Sequence record: OP557969.1
Length of the DNA stretch: 64,000 nucleotides
Reading direction: 5' to 3' (one strand)
DNA from: Escherichia phage ph0011
Shown in pieces: positions 1 to 9,241 of this stretch. The notes under the pieces are model-generated. The model was not told the origin of the DNA. It searched no databases and saw nothing but the letters and a program-made list of their open reading frames with translations. The position numbers and the translations under genes are program-made. Every line of letters begins with the position of its first letter. Position 1 is the first letter of the stretch.

Positions 1-746
1 GGACGTTTATCAGGAGCACTGTAAGGGAAGCTCAATCTGGAGGTTTGTGATTCAGAGTCGGTTCCGATACGGATATCTTTAAATGTAGCAGTGCTATTAA
101 TACCAGTTACGTTAGCACCAAAAGTTACCGCACCTTTTTGATTAGATGCACCAGTAACATTCAATGTTTCAGCGTTTAAATCAGAAAGATTAAACTCGCC
201 ACCTAGTGTACCACTAATATTCACATCTTGAAACTCAGCAGTGCCAGTACTAGTAATGTCAGTTGCGGTAATAGTTGTAATTTCTGCGGAATTGGAAGTA
301 ATTTTATCAAAAGCAGCGGTTGTACCAACCTCAGCAGATAAGTCCCCTTTAAGTGTTGTTTCTCCCACAACTTCTAAGCTTTTTACTTTAGTTGATTGTA
401 GTGTGGTTGAACCAGCAGTTTGTGAAAAATCACTACCCACCGACACAGTACCGTTAAACGTAGCACTTGAATTGATTGTTACTGTATCAGAACCACCATC
501 TGCACTGCCGATTGTGGTATTTCCAGTAATATCAAGGCCACCACTTAATGTTGCTTTACCACCAACATCTAAAGTAGAGTTGATGATAGCTGTTTCAGTT
601 TCAATAGCAGTAAATGTTGCGTTTGCAAAAGAGATACTACCATCTACTCTTAGGTTATTCTTGATTACTGCATTACCTTTGACTAATAGATCCTTACCAA
701 CTGTTCCAGCACCAGTAATATCTAAGTCAGTTTTTATTGAGTACAT
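1..746 (-). CDS. Tail fiber-like protein, N-terminal 248 aa only (gene continues past window start)
   Basis: Hand translation of the reverse strand from ATG at 744-746 is open to position 1 (MYSIKTDLDITGAGTVGKDLLVKGNAVIKNNLRVDGS...), T/G/S/N-rich beta-repeat composition typical of fibers; RBS GGAGGG 5 nt upstream. Forward ORF 241-798 is its antisense artefact. Confidence 0.6.
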   Translation of the reverse strand, partial: MYSIKTDLDITGAGTVGKDLLVKGNAVIKNNLRVDGSISFANATFTAIETETAIINSTLDVGGKATLSGGLDITGNTTIGSADGGSDTVTINSSATFNGTVSVGSDFSQTAGSTTLQSTKVKSLEVVGETTLKGDLSAEVGTTAAFDKITSNSAEITTITATDITSTGTAEFQDVNISGTLGGEFNLSDLNAETLNVTGASNQKGAVTFGANVTGINSTATFKDIRIGTDSESQTSRLSFPYSAPDKR

Positions 747-862
747 TTATACCCTCCGTTGGAGCCTTGTTAATATGTATATATTTAGTTTAATTTAACT
801 GATATCCAATATTTTATAAAATAAAAAACCAGACTTATTTGAATAAGCCCGGTTTAATTTTA

Positions 863-1759
863 TTACTTACCAGAGATAACAATCTTCCCACTGAATGCAA
901 CATCAGAAGTAAAGATCACGTCACCAGTATTGCTAATTTGTGTATCAGTTATTACCAATTCAAATGGTGAGGATGCAACACTACCAGGTGTTTTATTTGC
1001 ATAAATCGAAACATACAAATTGTCTGGTGATTGTTTGTGTTCAGATGCTGAAATCGTGATGATGAACACATCGTTATTAGAAATCCAATCTGCTTGGTTT
1101 ACTAATTTACTATAAGGTACTGTCATTGTTGTTGCTCCTATAATGTTTACTTTAACATTTGCATAATCTGTAATTTTACCAATTACATCTATTGTGATAT
1201 CACCAGTGCCGCTTACTACTACAGAGGTTTGAAATACGGAATCCAATGTTATACTACCATGAGGATCACCCTGTAGTTGTACCATGATATCAGGACCACG
1301 CCCATGTACAGATGCTGGAAGGGTGTATGTGTAATGGTCGGTAGTATCTGAAACTAATGTAAATGAAGATACTGGTATAGTTTCAGTTGTTACATATGGA
1401 CTATCAGTTTCATGTGAACTACCTTTGAATGATTTCCAAATACCAAGATCTTTAATATAAATTTGAAGAACATTAGTTTCATCAACTAAAAAATACAAAT
1501 CACCATCTAACCCAATAGTTTCATCCGGTGCACTGGTTCCACGCAAAATACCAGAACTCCCACCACTATGTGCGTTTAGATATCCTAACGTAACCAGGTG
1601 TGTGTCAGCGGTCGGTTCACCTGCTGAAATTGGAAGAAGTTTTGTTCCTGAGTAGTTTTGTATTTGCACAACACTACCATTTGTGGTAATCTGTGCACCA
1701 TTCTTCCCAAGAATGAAGGACTTCTTCATGGTTCCTTCTAAATTAGAAAAAACTGCCAT
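863..1759 (-). CDS. Tail fiber / receptor-binding protein (298 aa) with conserved N-terminal anchor domain
   Basis: ATG at 1757-1759, RBS AAGGAGA; first ~110 aa (MAVFSNLEGTMKKSFILGKNGA...) paralogous to N-terminus of adjacent 713-aa ORF; C-terminus divergent. Confidence 0.6.
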   Translation of the reverse strand: MAVFSNLEGTMKKSFILGKNGAQITTNGSVVQIQNYSGTKLLPISAGEPTADTHLVTLGYLNAHSGGSSGILRGTSAPDETIGLDGDLYFLVDETNVLQIYIKDLGIWKSFKGSSHETDSPYVTTETIPVSSFTLVSDTTDHYTYTLPASVHGRGPDIMVQLQGDPHGSITLDSVFQTSVVVSGTGDITIDVIGKITDYANVKVNIIGATTMTVPYSKLVNQADWISNNDVFIITISASEHKQSPDNLYVSIYANKTPGSVASSPFELVITDTQISNTGDVIFTSDVAFSGKIVISGK

Positions 1760-1775
1760 TTTAATTTAATCTCCT

Positions 1776-3917
1776 TTATGGTAGGGTTATGTACGTTACT
1801 GGTTGGGCGGCTTTTAATGATGCACCAGCGGCAGTTGCTGTTATGATGGGATCTGCAATATCAATTCTATATACGTTATTAACAACATATACTGCACGAG
1901 TTATATACGTTTTCAAATCATCACCATTTTCTCCAGCACCAGATATGATGATCTCAGTTCCCGCCGCTTTTGCATATTGGTTATCACCCCATGACACACC
2001 CAATGCTTCTATGTACGTTTGTCCTACTACCGTTTGTCTAATTGTGTCATATTTTCCAAAAAATGAACCACCCACTGTTACAATATATTTTCCACCTGAT
2101 TTTTTATGTATAATCGTTCCTTCTGGGAAGTATCTTCCACCAGGGAAAGTATCATATGGAATATAATATTGTTCAACTACAGGTATTAGAACTGGGCCAC
2201 GATGACCAGTACCGTCAATAGCAGTTGTTACTTTAAAATTATTAGATGATTGGTCGATTCTATCTACGTACATTTTAGAAAAACTATATTTTGAAACATT
2301 ACAATCATCTTGAACAACACAGTTAGTCCAATTAGTATAAGTATATTTAGAGCGAGTATACATTCCCCCACCCTCACCTTCAGTGGAAAGGTGTTGTCCT
2401 ATTACATCTAATTCTTTTGTTCTGATATCACTAAACTTAGATGAAGATGGTAGACCACGCCAAAGAATTTTAGAACAAGTGATATTACTTAATTCTGTAC
2501 TATTCAGCCAATTATCAGAACCAGAAGTATAAACGAATACGGAAGACTCTGGTATATAGAGATTGGAAATTTTAAAGTTTCTAGGTGGTCCAGCAAATCG
2601 ACCAGCAGTTACCCCCCAGTTAATAGATACCATACGGTTTGTGATTGTAGGATCATTAAGTAAATGTCCGGTTAAACCATCAATTACAAACTCTTTTGAG
2701 CCATAAGTTATCACACCAGCAGTTGTTAATCCAGTACCAACTGAAATTAGAGATGATGGATACACTTCGTTATCAAGTATTTTAAAGTCCATTCCCAATT
2801 CAACATGGATACATTGTCTAACATTATAAATTCTATTGTTCTTAATAACAAAGTTTCTAACGTATTGGGTATCAGGTGCATCCAGACCATAAGGACCAGA
2901 ACCCGCAACACCAATACCGATACCCCAGTTTGAAAGTGGGATTGGTGCATCTGAACCATCAACGTTTTCAATGATATTACCTTCGATTACAAAACCATCA
3001 GGATAATGTGAGTTAATAACGTTTAATTCTATTGCATCACCATATATATCATGAATATGGTTGTAAGAATAACGCCCCACTTTCATTTTCTCACCAGTTC
3101 CTTGCTGAAGAACGCCATATTTACATTTGGTCATTTCATTAAAGCAAAAATCTATTGTTCCTGGTTGGGTCATACCTTGCATCAAAAACGCGGCAGTACT
3201 GGTAATGTTTACAAATTTATTAAAATAAAATTTACCATCCCCACCAAAGAATTTCAAATAACATCCAGTAAGTGTGGTGAATTGAATTTGTGAATTAATA
3301 ACGGATATCATAGTACCACCATTACCAGTAATAGTGCCACCAAACCAAGTTACATCTTCCAAATATACTGCTTTTTTGATACGATAATTACCACCTGCTT
3401 GAATTTGTATTTTATTTTCTTTGGCATAAGTTGCACACAAATTTACAGCTTCAGTGTCATCGGTTTCCCCATCTCCTTTCGCACCAAATTCTTCTGGTGT
3501 TATATAGAACTGTGCTTGTTGAACTGTGCCACCAGTAATAAGGCCAATGAAATCACCACCATTTTTACTTGATAGTACTTTTTTATTAATGTATAGTGAT
3601 TTAATCCATGTGCCATTTGTTTTTACGAAAATATCAACAATACCATCTTCATCAATTTGAAAATAAGTGTTATTGTTTTTTCCAATATCACCAGACGGTG
3701 GTTGAACGCCAAATAAGGCATTTGGATTATCTTCAAGGTATCTAACATTAACTGCTGAATCTTGGTCTGATGGTGTTCCTATCTTTAGTGGTAGAAACTT
3801 TTCACCGAGATAATCTTTTATCGATACGGAATCATTGACGAAATTTATCGAAGCACCATTTTTACCCAATATCATTTTTGGTTTCATGGTTCCTTCAAAA
3901 TTAGAAAATACTGCCAT
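1776..3917 (-). CDS. Tail fiber / tailspike-like protein (713 aa), possible beta-helix depolymerase-type C-terminal part
   Basis: ATG 3915-3917 with RBS AAGGGGGTG; N-terminus MAVFSNFEGTMKPKMILGKNGA shares domain with 863-1759; long G/N/T-rich body. Confidence 0.55.
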   Translation of the reverse strand: MAVFSNFEGTMKPKMILGKNGASINFVNDSVSIKDYLGEKFLPLKIGTPSDQDSAVNVRYLEDNPNALFGVQPPSGDIGKNNNTYFQIDEDGIVDIFVKTNGTWIKSLYINKKVLSSKNGGDFIGLITGGTVQQAQFYITPEEFGAKGDGETDDTEAVNLCATYAKENKIQIQAGGNYRIKKAVYLEDVTWFGGTITGNGGTMISVINSQIQFTTLTGCYLKFFGGDGKFYFNKFVNITSTAAFLMQGMTQPGTIDFCFNEMTKCKYGVLQQGTGEKMKVGRYSYNHIHDIYGDAIELNVINSHYPDGFVIEGNIIENVDGSDAPIPLSNWGIGIGVAGSGPYGLDAPDTQYVRNFVIKNNRIYNVRQCIHVELGMDFKILDNEVYPSSLISVGTGLTTAGVITYGSKEFVIDGLTGHLLNDPTITNRMVSINWGVTAGRFAGPPRNFKISNLYIPESSVFVYTSGSDNWLNSTELSNITCSKILWRGLPSSSKFSDIRTKELDVIGQHLSTEGEGGGMYTRSKYTYTNWTNCVVQDDCNVSKYSFSKMYVDRIDQSSNNFKVTTAIDGTGHRGPVLIPVVEQYYIPYDTFPGGRYFPEGTIIHKKSGGKYIVTVGGSFFGKYDTIRQTVVGQTYIEALGVSWGDNQYAKAAGTEIIISGAGENGDDLKTYITRAVYVVNNVYRIDIADPIITATAAGASLKAAQPVTYITLP

Positions 3918-3929
3918 TGTGACACCCCC

Positions 3930-5057
3930 TTAAATATTATCTTGAATAGGTTGGACCGGAGCTTGCCACGAAAGAGTACAAATAATTTCCATTTTACCAT
4001 AAGGACTGTTATTAACTGAATCATTGAATACACATGAAATAATTTCATCTACATCTGAAACTTCATGATTTGTTTCATTGACGATAAAACGCATCTGGTT
4101 ATTAATATCAAAGTAGGTTGTTGGTGCAATTACGGTTCCACCAATATTCTCGTTTGCTTCACCACCAAATCGAACAAACATATCAGTTACTGGTTGTGAA
4201 TAAGGTTGTAAAACATTTACATCTATATTAGAAACTACATATCCAGAAGGACAAGTCCCAATAACTAATAGAGCATTAGTCCATGATCTATCAATAACGT
4301 TTCTAATTGTTACAGTATCTTTGCCTGGTGCACCCGGTTCACCTTGCTTACCTTGAATACCTTGTGGACCTTCTTTACCACGGAATAAAATACCACTACT
4401 CCATTCTTTTGATGGTGGGGTGGTAGTTGTTACTTCATCCACATAATAAAGCTTACCATCAGTGTTGTTATAGAAACAATAATCAATTGGGAGGTTTTCA
4501 ATACTTGGAAATTGATCACCACTATCGTCAATATGAAAACGACCACGTGGACCTTGCTCACCACGGAAAGGAATACCATCACTCCATGTAGCTGTTACTT
4601 TTTGATAAAAATATAGTTTACCATCTTGTGTATTGTAAAATGTATAGTTATCAAAAAGACCAGAACTTGGAAAAGTAGTTCCTGCACTATCGATATGAAA
4701 AGGCTTACCAGCTTCACCAGTATCACCTTTACCAAATTCAACACTAGTCCAAGTACTGGTTTCTTCTTGTGCATCATTTGATTTAAAATACAGAGTACTT
4801 GTGTTATTTGCCAAACTAAGATAGCACCAGCCAAGCGGTTCACCAACTTTAAATTTATCAGATGGAACTTCAAAACCAATCTCATTAGGATAAAAGTTTT
4901 TACCGTTCTGACCATTTTGTCCCACAACAAGACCGAGATCTTGAATTGTATTATCTGTATATGTTACAATTAAATGACCAGCATTATTAATAACTAGACT
5001 TTTGATGCCTGAGTTATTACATGAACCACTGGACCCATTGTTAAATGTAATTGTCAT
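3930..5057 (-). CDS. Tail fiber protein with collagen-like Gly-X-Y segments and ~50-aa tandem repeats (375 aa)
   Basis: ATG 5055-5057, RBS AAAGGGAAA; GEQGPRG and GKEGPQGIQGKQGEPGAPGKD triplet runs; three repeats of the pattern DGKLYF...W..G.PFRG.QGP.G.FHIDD.G..FPS. Confidence 0.6.
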   Translation of the reverse strand: MTITFNNGSSGSCNNSGIKSLVINNAGHLIVTYTDNTIQDLGLVVGQNGQNGKNFYPNEIGFEVPSDKFKVGEPLGWCYLSLANNTSTLYFKSNDAQEETSTWTSVEFGKGDTGEAGKPFHIDSAGTTFPSSGLFDNYTFYNTQDGKLYFYQKVTATWSDGIPFRGEQGPRGRFHIDDSGDQFPSIENLPIDYCFYNNTDGKLYYVDEVTTTTPPSKEWSSGILFRGKEGPQGIQGKQGEPGAPGKDTVTIRNVIDRSWTNALLVIGTCPSGYVVSNIDVNVLQPYSQPVTDMFVRFGGEANENIGGTVIAPTTYFDINNQMRFIVNETNHEVSDVDEIISCVFNDSVNNSPYGKMEIICTLSWQAPVQPIQDNI

Positions 5058-5104
5058 AATATTTCCCTTTTATGAGTGAATGTCATATACCAATATTTAT
5101 CAGT

Positions 5105-5120
5105 ACGAAATACATTTCGT
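5105..5120. promoter_or_regulatory. Perfect 7-bp inverted repeat (ACGAAAT-AC-ATTTCGT) in divergent intergenic region, candidate operator
   Basis: Read directly from sequence; lies between minus-strand fiber gene start (5057) and plus-strand gene start (5167), next to ATAAATA-type motifs on both strands. Confidence 0.35.
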
Positions 5121-5166
5121 CACCATTAATAAATAAATGAAAGTTCACTACTAAAAGGGCTTAACA

Positions 5167-5664
5167 ATGGCATTAAGATCAAAAAACTTTCTTTTTAAAA
5201 GAAAAACAAAAGATGGTTCATGGCAAGATTTTCCTGAATCTGACAGTTGGTATCCAGCCCAATTGGATTATCAATGGAATGAACAAACATTACCACTACC
5301 AAGCGGTGGATATTATGGCAGCACTACAGGTTTGCATACCATTTCATTTACACTACGTAATTTCATTGGAAGAATTTATGTATTAGCAACATTAGCCAGC
5401 AATCCAACAGATGATGATTGGTTCCCAATTAAATTCACTGAAAGTTGTAAATATTATCTAGAATTTACGGATATGGTTATTTTAAATCCAAACGGTGGTG
5501 ATTTGATTAGACAACAAGGAACTACCGGAACATTTGCAGAAACATTAACAGGTAACTTTACATATCTTAAAGTTGGTATTGACCGAGATTATATCAGTAA
5601 GTACCCGTCTGATGTACAAAAAAGTTTAGCAGGTAAACTAGAACAAATTTTAATTAACTACTAA
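5167..5664 (+). CDS. Hypothetical protein (165 aa), first gene of plus-strand three-gene island
   Basis: ATG with RBS AAAGGG 7 nt upstream; no recognisable motif. Confidence 0.5.
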   Translation: MALRSKNFLFKRKTKDGSWQDFPESDSWYPAQLDYQWNEQTLPLPSGGYYGSTTGLHTISFTLRNFIGRIYVLATLASNPTDDDWFPIKFTESCKYYLEFTDMVILNPNGGDLIRQQGTTGTFAETLTGNFTYLKVGIDRDYISKYPSDVQKSLAGKLEQILINY

Positions 5665-5673
5665 GGATTAGAA

Positions 5674-6282
5674 ATGAAATTAGAAGCAGAACAACCAAAA
5701 CTATTTGTTAAAGGTCATGTCCTAATTACTGACGTTACTGATCCATCAAATCAAAAAATCGTTTTAGATAAATCTAACGCTATTCACCCAGAAAATATGA
5801 GTACTGCAATTGCTAATGCGTTAGCATACAATCAAGATAGTACCAGTATTCCTATTGGTTCAATTAGCGAAATGCGTTTTGGTAATGGTGGTACTGTAGT
5901 GTTAAGTACTGGGCGAGTCACGTACAAAAAACCACGCGTGACTTCCTTTGGTGGATTGTATTCACAAACATATTTAAAAAAAATCAACCCAAGAATTTCT
6001 GCTGGTATTGATTCACAGTATAATAACATCACAACAGTTCATATCCCAGGACAATCATATACTGATATTGTATGTATTTGTACACTTGGTTTAGGTGAAC
6101 CATCAGACCAAGGTGTAAGTTCAGGTACAAGTATGGATGGTACATATGTATTTGATGAATTGGGGTTATATACTGATGGTGATAGTGGTATTCCATTGAC
6201 ACATATCATTTTTCACCCAGTTGAGAAAAGTGCTAACCGTGTGTTACAAATTAAATACACAGTTCGTGTACAACTACAATAA
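5674..6282 (+). CDS. Hypothetical protein (202 aa)
   Basis: ATG 5674 with RBS AAGGA; tightly packed after previous stop; no recognisable motif. Confidence 0.5.
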   Translation: MKLEAEQPKLFVKGHVLITDVTDPSNQKIVLDKSNAIHPENMSTAIANALAYNQDSTSIPIGSISEMRFGNGGTVVLSTGRVTYKKPRVTSFGGLYSQTYLKKINPRISAGIDSQYNNITTVHIPGQSYTDIVCICTLGLGEPSDQGVSSGTSMDGTYVFDELGLYTDGDSGIPLTHIIFHPVEKSANRVLQIKYTVRVQLQ

Positions 6283-6294
6283 TGGGGTCAAATT

Positions 6295-7395
6295 ATGAGT
6301 GTAAGTTATACAATTTATAGAAGCAATGGTAGTGTTTATGCTACCATTCCAAATAATGTCATATTGGGGCCAAACCAACCAGGAAGTAACCCAGTTCCGT
6401 TGAATTTCGTCGGAAGAAATAAAGTAAGTTATGGACAAGCATGGAATGAAAACTTTTTACATTTAGTTGAGAATTTTAGTTCGGCTTCAGCACCACGCGG
6501 TAATGTGAACGGTCAACTATGGTACAGAAATGCTGGCAGTACTGGTGAATTATTGATATCATTGGTTGACAATGCTAGACAACCATCAGATGTTGTGAGT
6601 GAAGCTGAGTGGGCGTCTATTCCAATGATTTCTGTGTTTAATACCGTACCAGATGGTGAAAATAGTGTTATGGGTCGTATGGTATTAACCAGTAATGGTG
6701 ACTCACTTCGTGTATTAATGAAAAATAAAGAATGGCGTGAAATTCAAACATCACGCCCTGAGAATAAAGAATATACATCATTATTGGATATTAACTATGA
6801 TAATGGTAAAAAATATATTGAGTTTACACAAAATAATAGTACCAAGCCACTAGCATATTTTAACTTAGGAGGAACGTCACAAGTCGATACTAACAACTGG
6901 ACAACAGTAACTAACGGAACTGGTGTTTTTGAATTTGGTAGTAACTATTTCTATGAATTAAAAATTATGATTAGAGAGGTAAGCGATTCAACAGGTGAAA
7001 TTGTATCAGTTCCACATAATTCAAAAACATTTTTAATCAAAGGTCAATTTTATGTAGATAACCAAGGTACGTTTGTCCCTGGTTCTGTGGGTGCAAGTCA
7101 AATGCCAGACCCCCGCAGGATTACACATCTAGAAACCATTAAAGATGTCATTACCAGTAGTCGCCCGAACTGGGATGTGAACATGGTTATCAATGATGTA
7201 GATCCATCACTACCTAATCCAAACGGCACATCTAAAGCAGATTATGAAAACTGGGTTATTAACTCATTGAACTCTAATAAAAACTTGGGATTTAGAGTTG
7301 ATGGTAGTATTAGCAATCTTGCACCAGGTGAATCTGTGAAATTACAAGCATCAGTGTTGTTAAACATTACAGGTATTCCAATTATTGGTGTATAA
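6295..7395 (+). CDS. Hypothetical protein (366 aa), possibly virion or fiber-associated
   Basis: ATG 6295; G/N/S/T-rich composition similar to the fiber proteins; followed by bidirectional terminator. Confidence 0.45.
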   Translation: MSVSYTIYRSNGSVYATIPNNVILGPNQPGSNPVPLNFVGRNKVSYGQAWNENFLHLVENFSSASAPRGNVNGQLWYRNAGSTGELLISLVDNARQPSDVVSEAEWASIPMISVFNTVPDGENSVMGRMVLTSNGDSLRVLMKNKEWREIQTSRPENKEYTSLLDINYDNGKKYIEFTQNNSTKPLAYFNLGGTSQVDTNNWTTVTNGTGVFEFGSNYFYELKIMIREVSDSTGEIVSVPHNSKTFLIKGQFYVDNQGTFVPGSVGASQMPDPRRITHLETIKDVITSSRPNWDVNMVINDVDPSLPNPNGTSKADYENWVINSLNSNKNLGFRVDGSISNLAPGESVKLQASVLLNITGIPIIGV

Positions 7396-7400
7396 AAAAA

Positions 7401-7422
7401 GGAGCCACATGGCTCCTTTTTT
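7401..7422. terminator. Bidirectional intrinsic terminator
   Basis: Stem GGAGCC/GGCTCC with ACAT loop, A-run upstream and T-run downstream; sits between convergent genes 6295-7395 (+) and 7421-7885 (-). Confidence 0.75.
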
Positions 7423-7885
7423 AATATCTATATGGTAAACTATTGACAAACTGTGTACCTTCACGTATACTTTCCCATAATGAGTAAAAATCTTTCATCA
7501 AGTTTGTGTTAAGCAATGTGTTTTTTGCACCAGGGTGTAATGGTTTAGGCCACGAGCCGATTTTAACCCATGCATATCCAGAGCTTTCATGATTTAATGT
7601 TGGTATAAACTCATTCTCAACTACGATAACAAATGAATAATATTTAAATTTACCATTTTTTGTACAAAATACATCAAATGGTATAATATCAATAATATTT
7701 GGTATTGAGTCACCTAACTCTTCTTTAATTTCTCTCATAAGACCTTGTATTGGTGTTTCGTCGCGTTCAAGCTTTCCACCAACAAATGCCCAATTGTTCG
7801 AATAGGTACTTCTTTCAGAACGTAAATTTAACATCATATGTCCGGTACTTTTTGATAAAAATATAGCACCAACAGCTTCATTCAT
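7421..7885 (-). CDS. NUDIX hydrolase (154 aa)
   Basis: Nudix box GKLERDETPIQGLMREIKEELG fits Gx5Ex7REUxEExG; ATG 7883-7885 with RBS AAGGAGGTG. Confidence 0.85.
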   Translation of the reverse strand: MNEAVGAIFLSKSTGHMMLNLRSERSTYSNNWAFVGGKLERDETPIQGLMREIKEELGDSIPNIIDIIPFDVFCTKNGKFKYYSFVIVVENEFIPTLNHESSGYAWVKIGSWPKPLHPGAKNTLLNTNLMKDFYSLWESIREGTQFVNSLPYRY

Positions 7886-7897
7886 AACAACACCTCC

Positions 7898-9241
7898 TTA
7901 TTTGTCAGTGAAAGTTATTTTCCAATATCCTTGACGATAAACTGGCATAATACTTTTATGCCATTTAAATTTACCATTGTATCTATAATAACCATTATCT
8001 TCGTTGTTATAAATGTAATTACGCACAGTTGATGGGTCAATTAATTCAGCACCGTCGTTGGTAATTTTAAACAAATAATTCGAAGGAATTTCAGTTTCTT
8101 TGTAAATGATGTTATGCATACTGTTATTTACGTAATATTGTTCAGGTATTGCATCAAAAAGAACTGAGCTTTTTTGGACAAATCCATGAATAGTATAATC
8201 AACTGTATAGTTGCTACTATCAAGCTGAACGATAATTTTATTTGCATCTTCATCTTCACCATATGAAGAAATATAGCCTTTGAGTGGATTATCTTCTTCG
8301 ATTGATTGTTGAAATTTAATACCGACTTTTTTATCATCAAAATTGGGTTCCAAATATTTAAGATATTTTTCCCATGAGTATATACCACCATTAGGGGAAA
8401 CATCGGACAATGACTGACTAACTAAAGTTAGTTGATATGTATCTGGTAAATTATATAAAGAATTAGTTATCTCTTCAACTTTAATACATAAGTTTTTTGG
8501 TGTAAAGACATCAGTGATAATATCCGAATAGTCAGACATTTCAATGTCAAATTCATCACGAGCACCTTTTATATTAGTAGTGATCTGTTGAATCAATTTT
8601 GGTTTTTCAACAATAGCTGGTAAAGAAAACCATATTGTTGTTTCAAATGTCAATACCATAATGTCTAAATCTTGGTCAGTTCCTTGTGGAAATCCACGTG
8701 TAGAGAACTGACAATCAATCAACTCTACATCACTTAGTGATGTCCAATCCAACGGGTTTTCAGATAACTGAAGTTGAATACTCGGTGAAAATAAAGTTGA
8801 AATTTGCTCAAATAATTCCATCTTTGTTTGTATTTGAGTTACCCAGATATTCAAATCAAATGTAAATGTCCAAGGAACTGGGTTATGTCTTACGATTTTA
8901 TATTGTGAATCGAGTTCTTTTTTGTATTCATTAATGGCAGGTGATGTGTTTGTTCCCATAACTAATGTTTCATTCGCATTAGAACGTATACTTTTACGAT
9001 CCAGCTTTAGTTGATTAACACTGATTGTCATAATTGGTGCAGATGGAAGAACATTTTCACTATTACCATTGATAATTGCAGCAGCCATTCTTGATATATC
9101 CGCATAACGACATGGAACCTTTTTATATTTTGGGTTCCCATCAGCATCAACACCATTTTGTACTTGAAATTCACCAAAAACTCTGATAAGATGTTTCAGT
9201 ACTCTGCGAAATTGGCCGTCATAATAATAATCTATTTTCAT
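7898..9241 (-). CDS. Tail completion / sheath stabilizer-like protein (T4 gp15-like, 447 aa)
   Basis: N-terminal pattern YYYDGQFRRVLKHLIRVFGEFQVQ...YKKVPCRYADISRMAAAI resembles the T4 gp15 N-terminus as recalled from memory; ATGA overlap with upstream gene; position next to baseplate/fiber genes. Confidence 0.4.
   Translation of the reverse strand: MKIDYYYDGQFRRVLKHLIRVFGEFQVQNGVDADGNPKYKKVPCRYADISRMAAAIINGNSENVLPSAPIMTISVNQLKLDRKSIRSNANETLVMGTNTSPAINEYKKELDSQYKIVRHNPVPWTFTFDLNIWVTQIQTKMELFEQISTLFSPSIQLQLSENPLDWTSLSDVELIDCQFSTRGFPQGTDQDLDIMVLTFETTIWFSLPAIVEKPKLIQQITTNIKGARDEFDIEMSDYSDIITDVFTPKNLCIKVEEITNSLYNLPDTYQLTLVSQSLSDVSPNGGIYSWEKYLKYLEPNFDDKKVGIKFQQSIEEDNPLKGYISSYGEDEDANKIIVQLDSSNYTVDYTIHGFVQKSSVLFDAIPEQYYVNNSMHNIIYKETEIPSNYLFKITNDGAELIDPSTVRNYIYNNEDNGYYRYNGKFKWHKSIMPVYRQGYWKITFTDK

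Noticed and set aside
241-798. Forward ORF of 185 aa at the window start
   Set aside because: It is antisense to a better-supported minus-strand fiber gene (ATG 744-746 with RBS GGAGGG) whose translation is fiber-like; the forward product is low-complexity V/S/P-rich.
7421-9241. NUDIX plus neighbouring 447-aa protein as an NAD-salvage (Nampt plus Nudix-NMNAT) pair
   Set aside because: The 447-aa protein shows no phosphoribosyltransferase features and instead resembles gp15-like tail completion protein; the NUDIX protein has no fused NMNAT domain.
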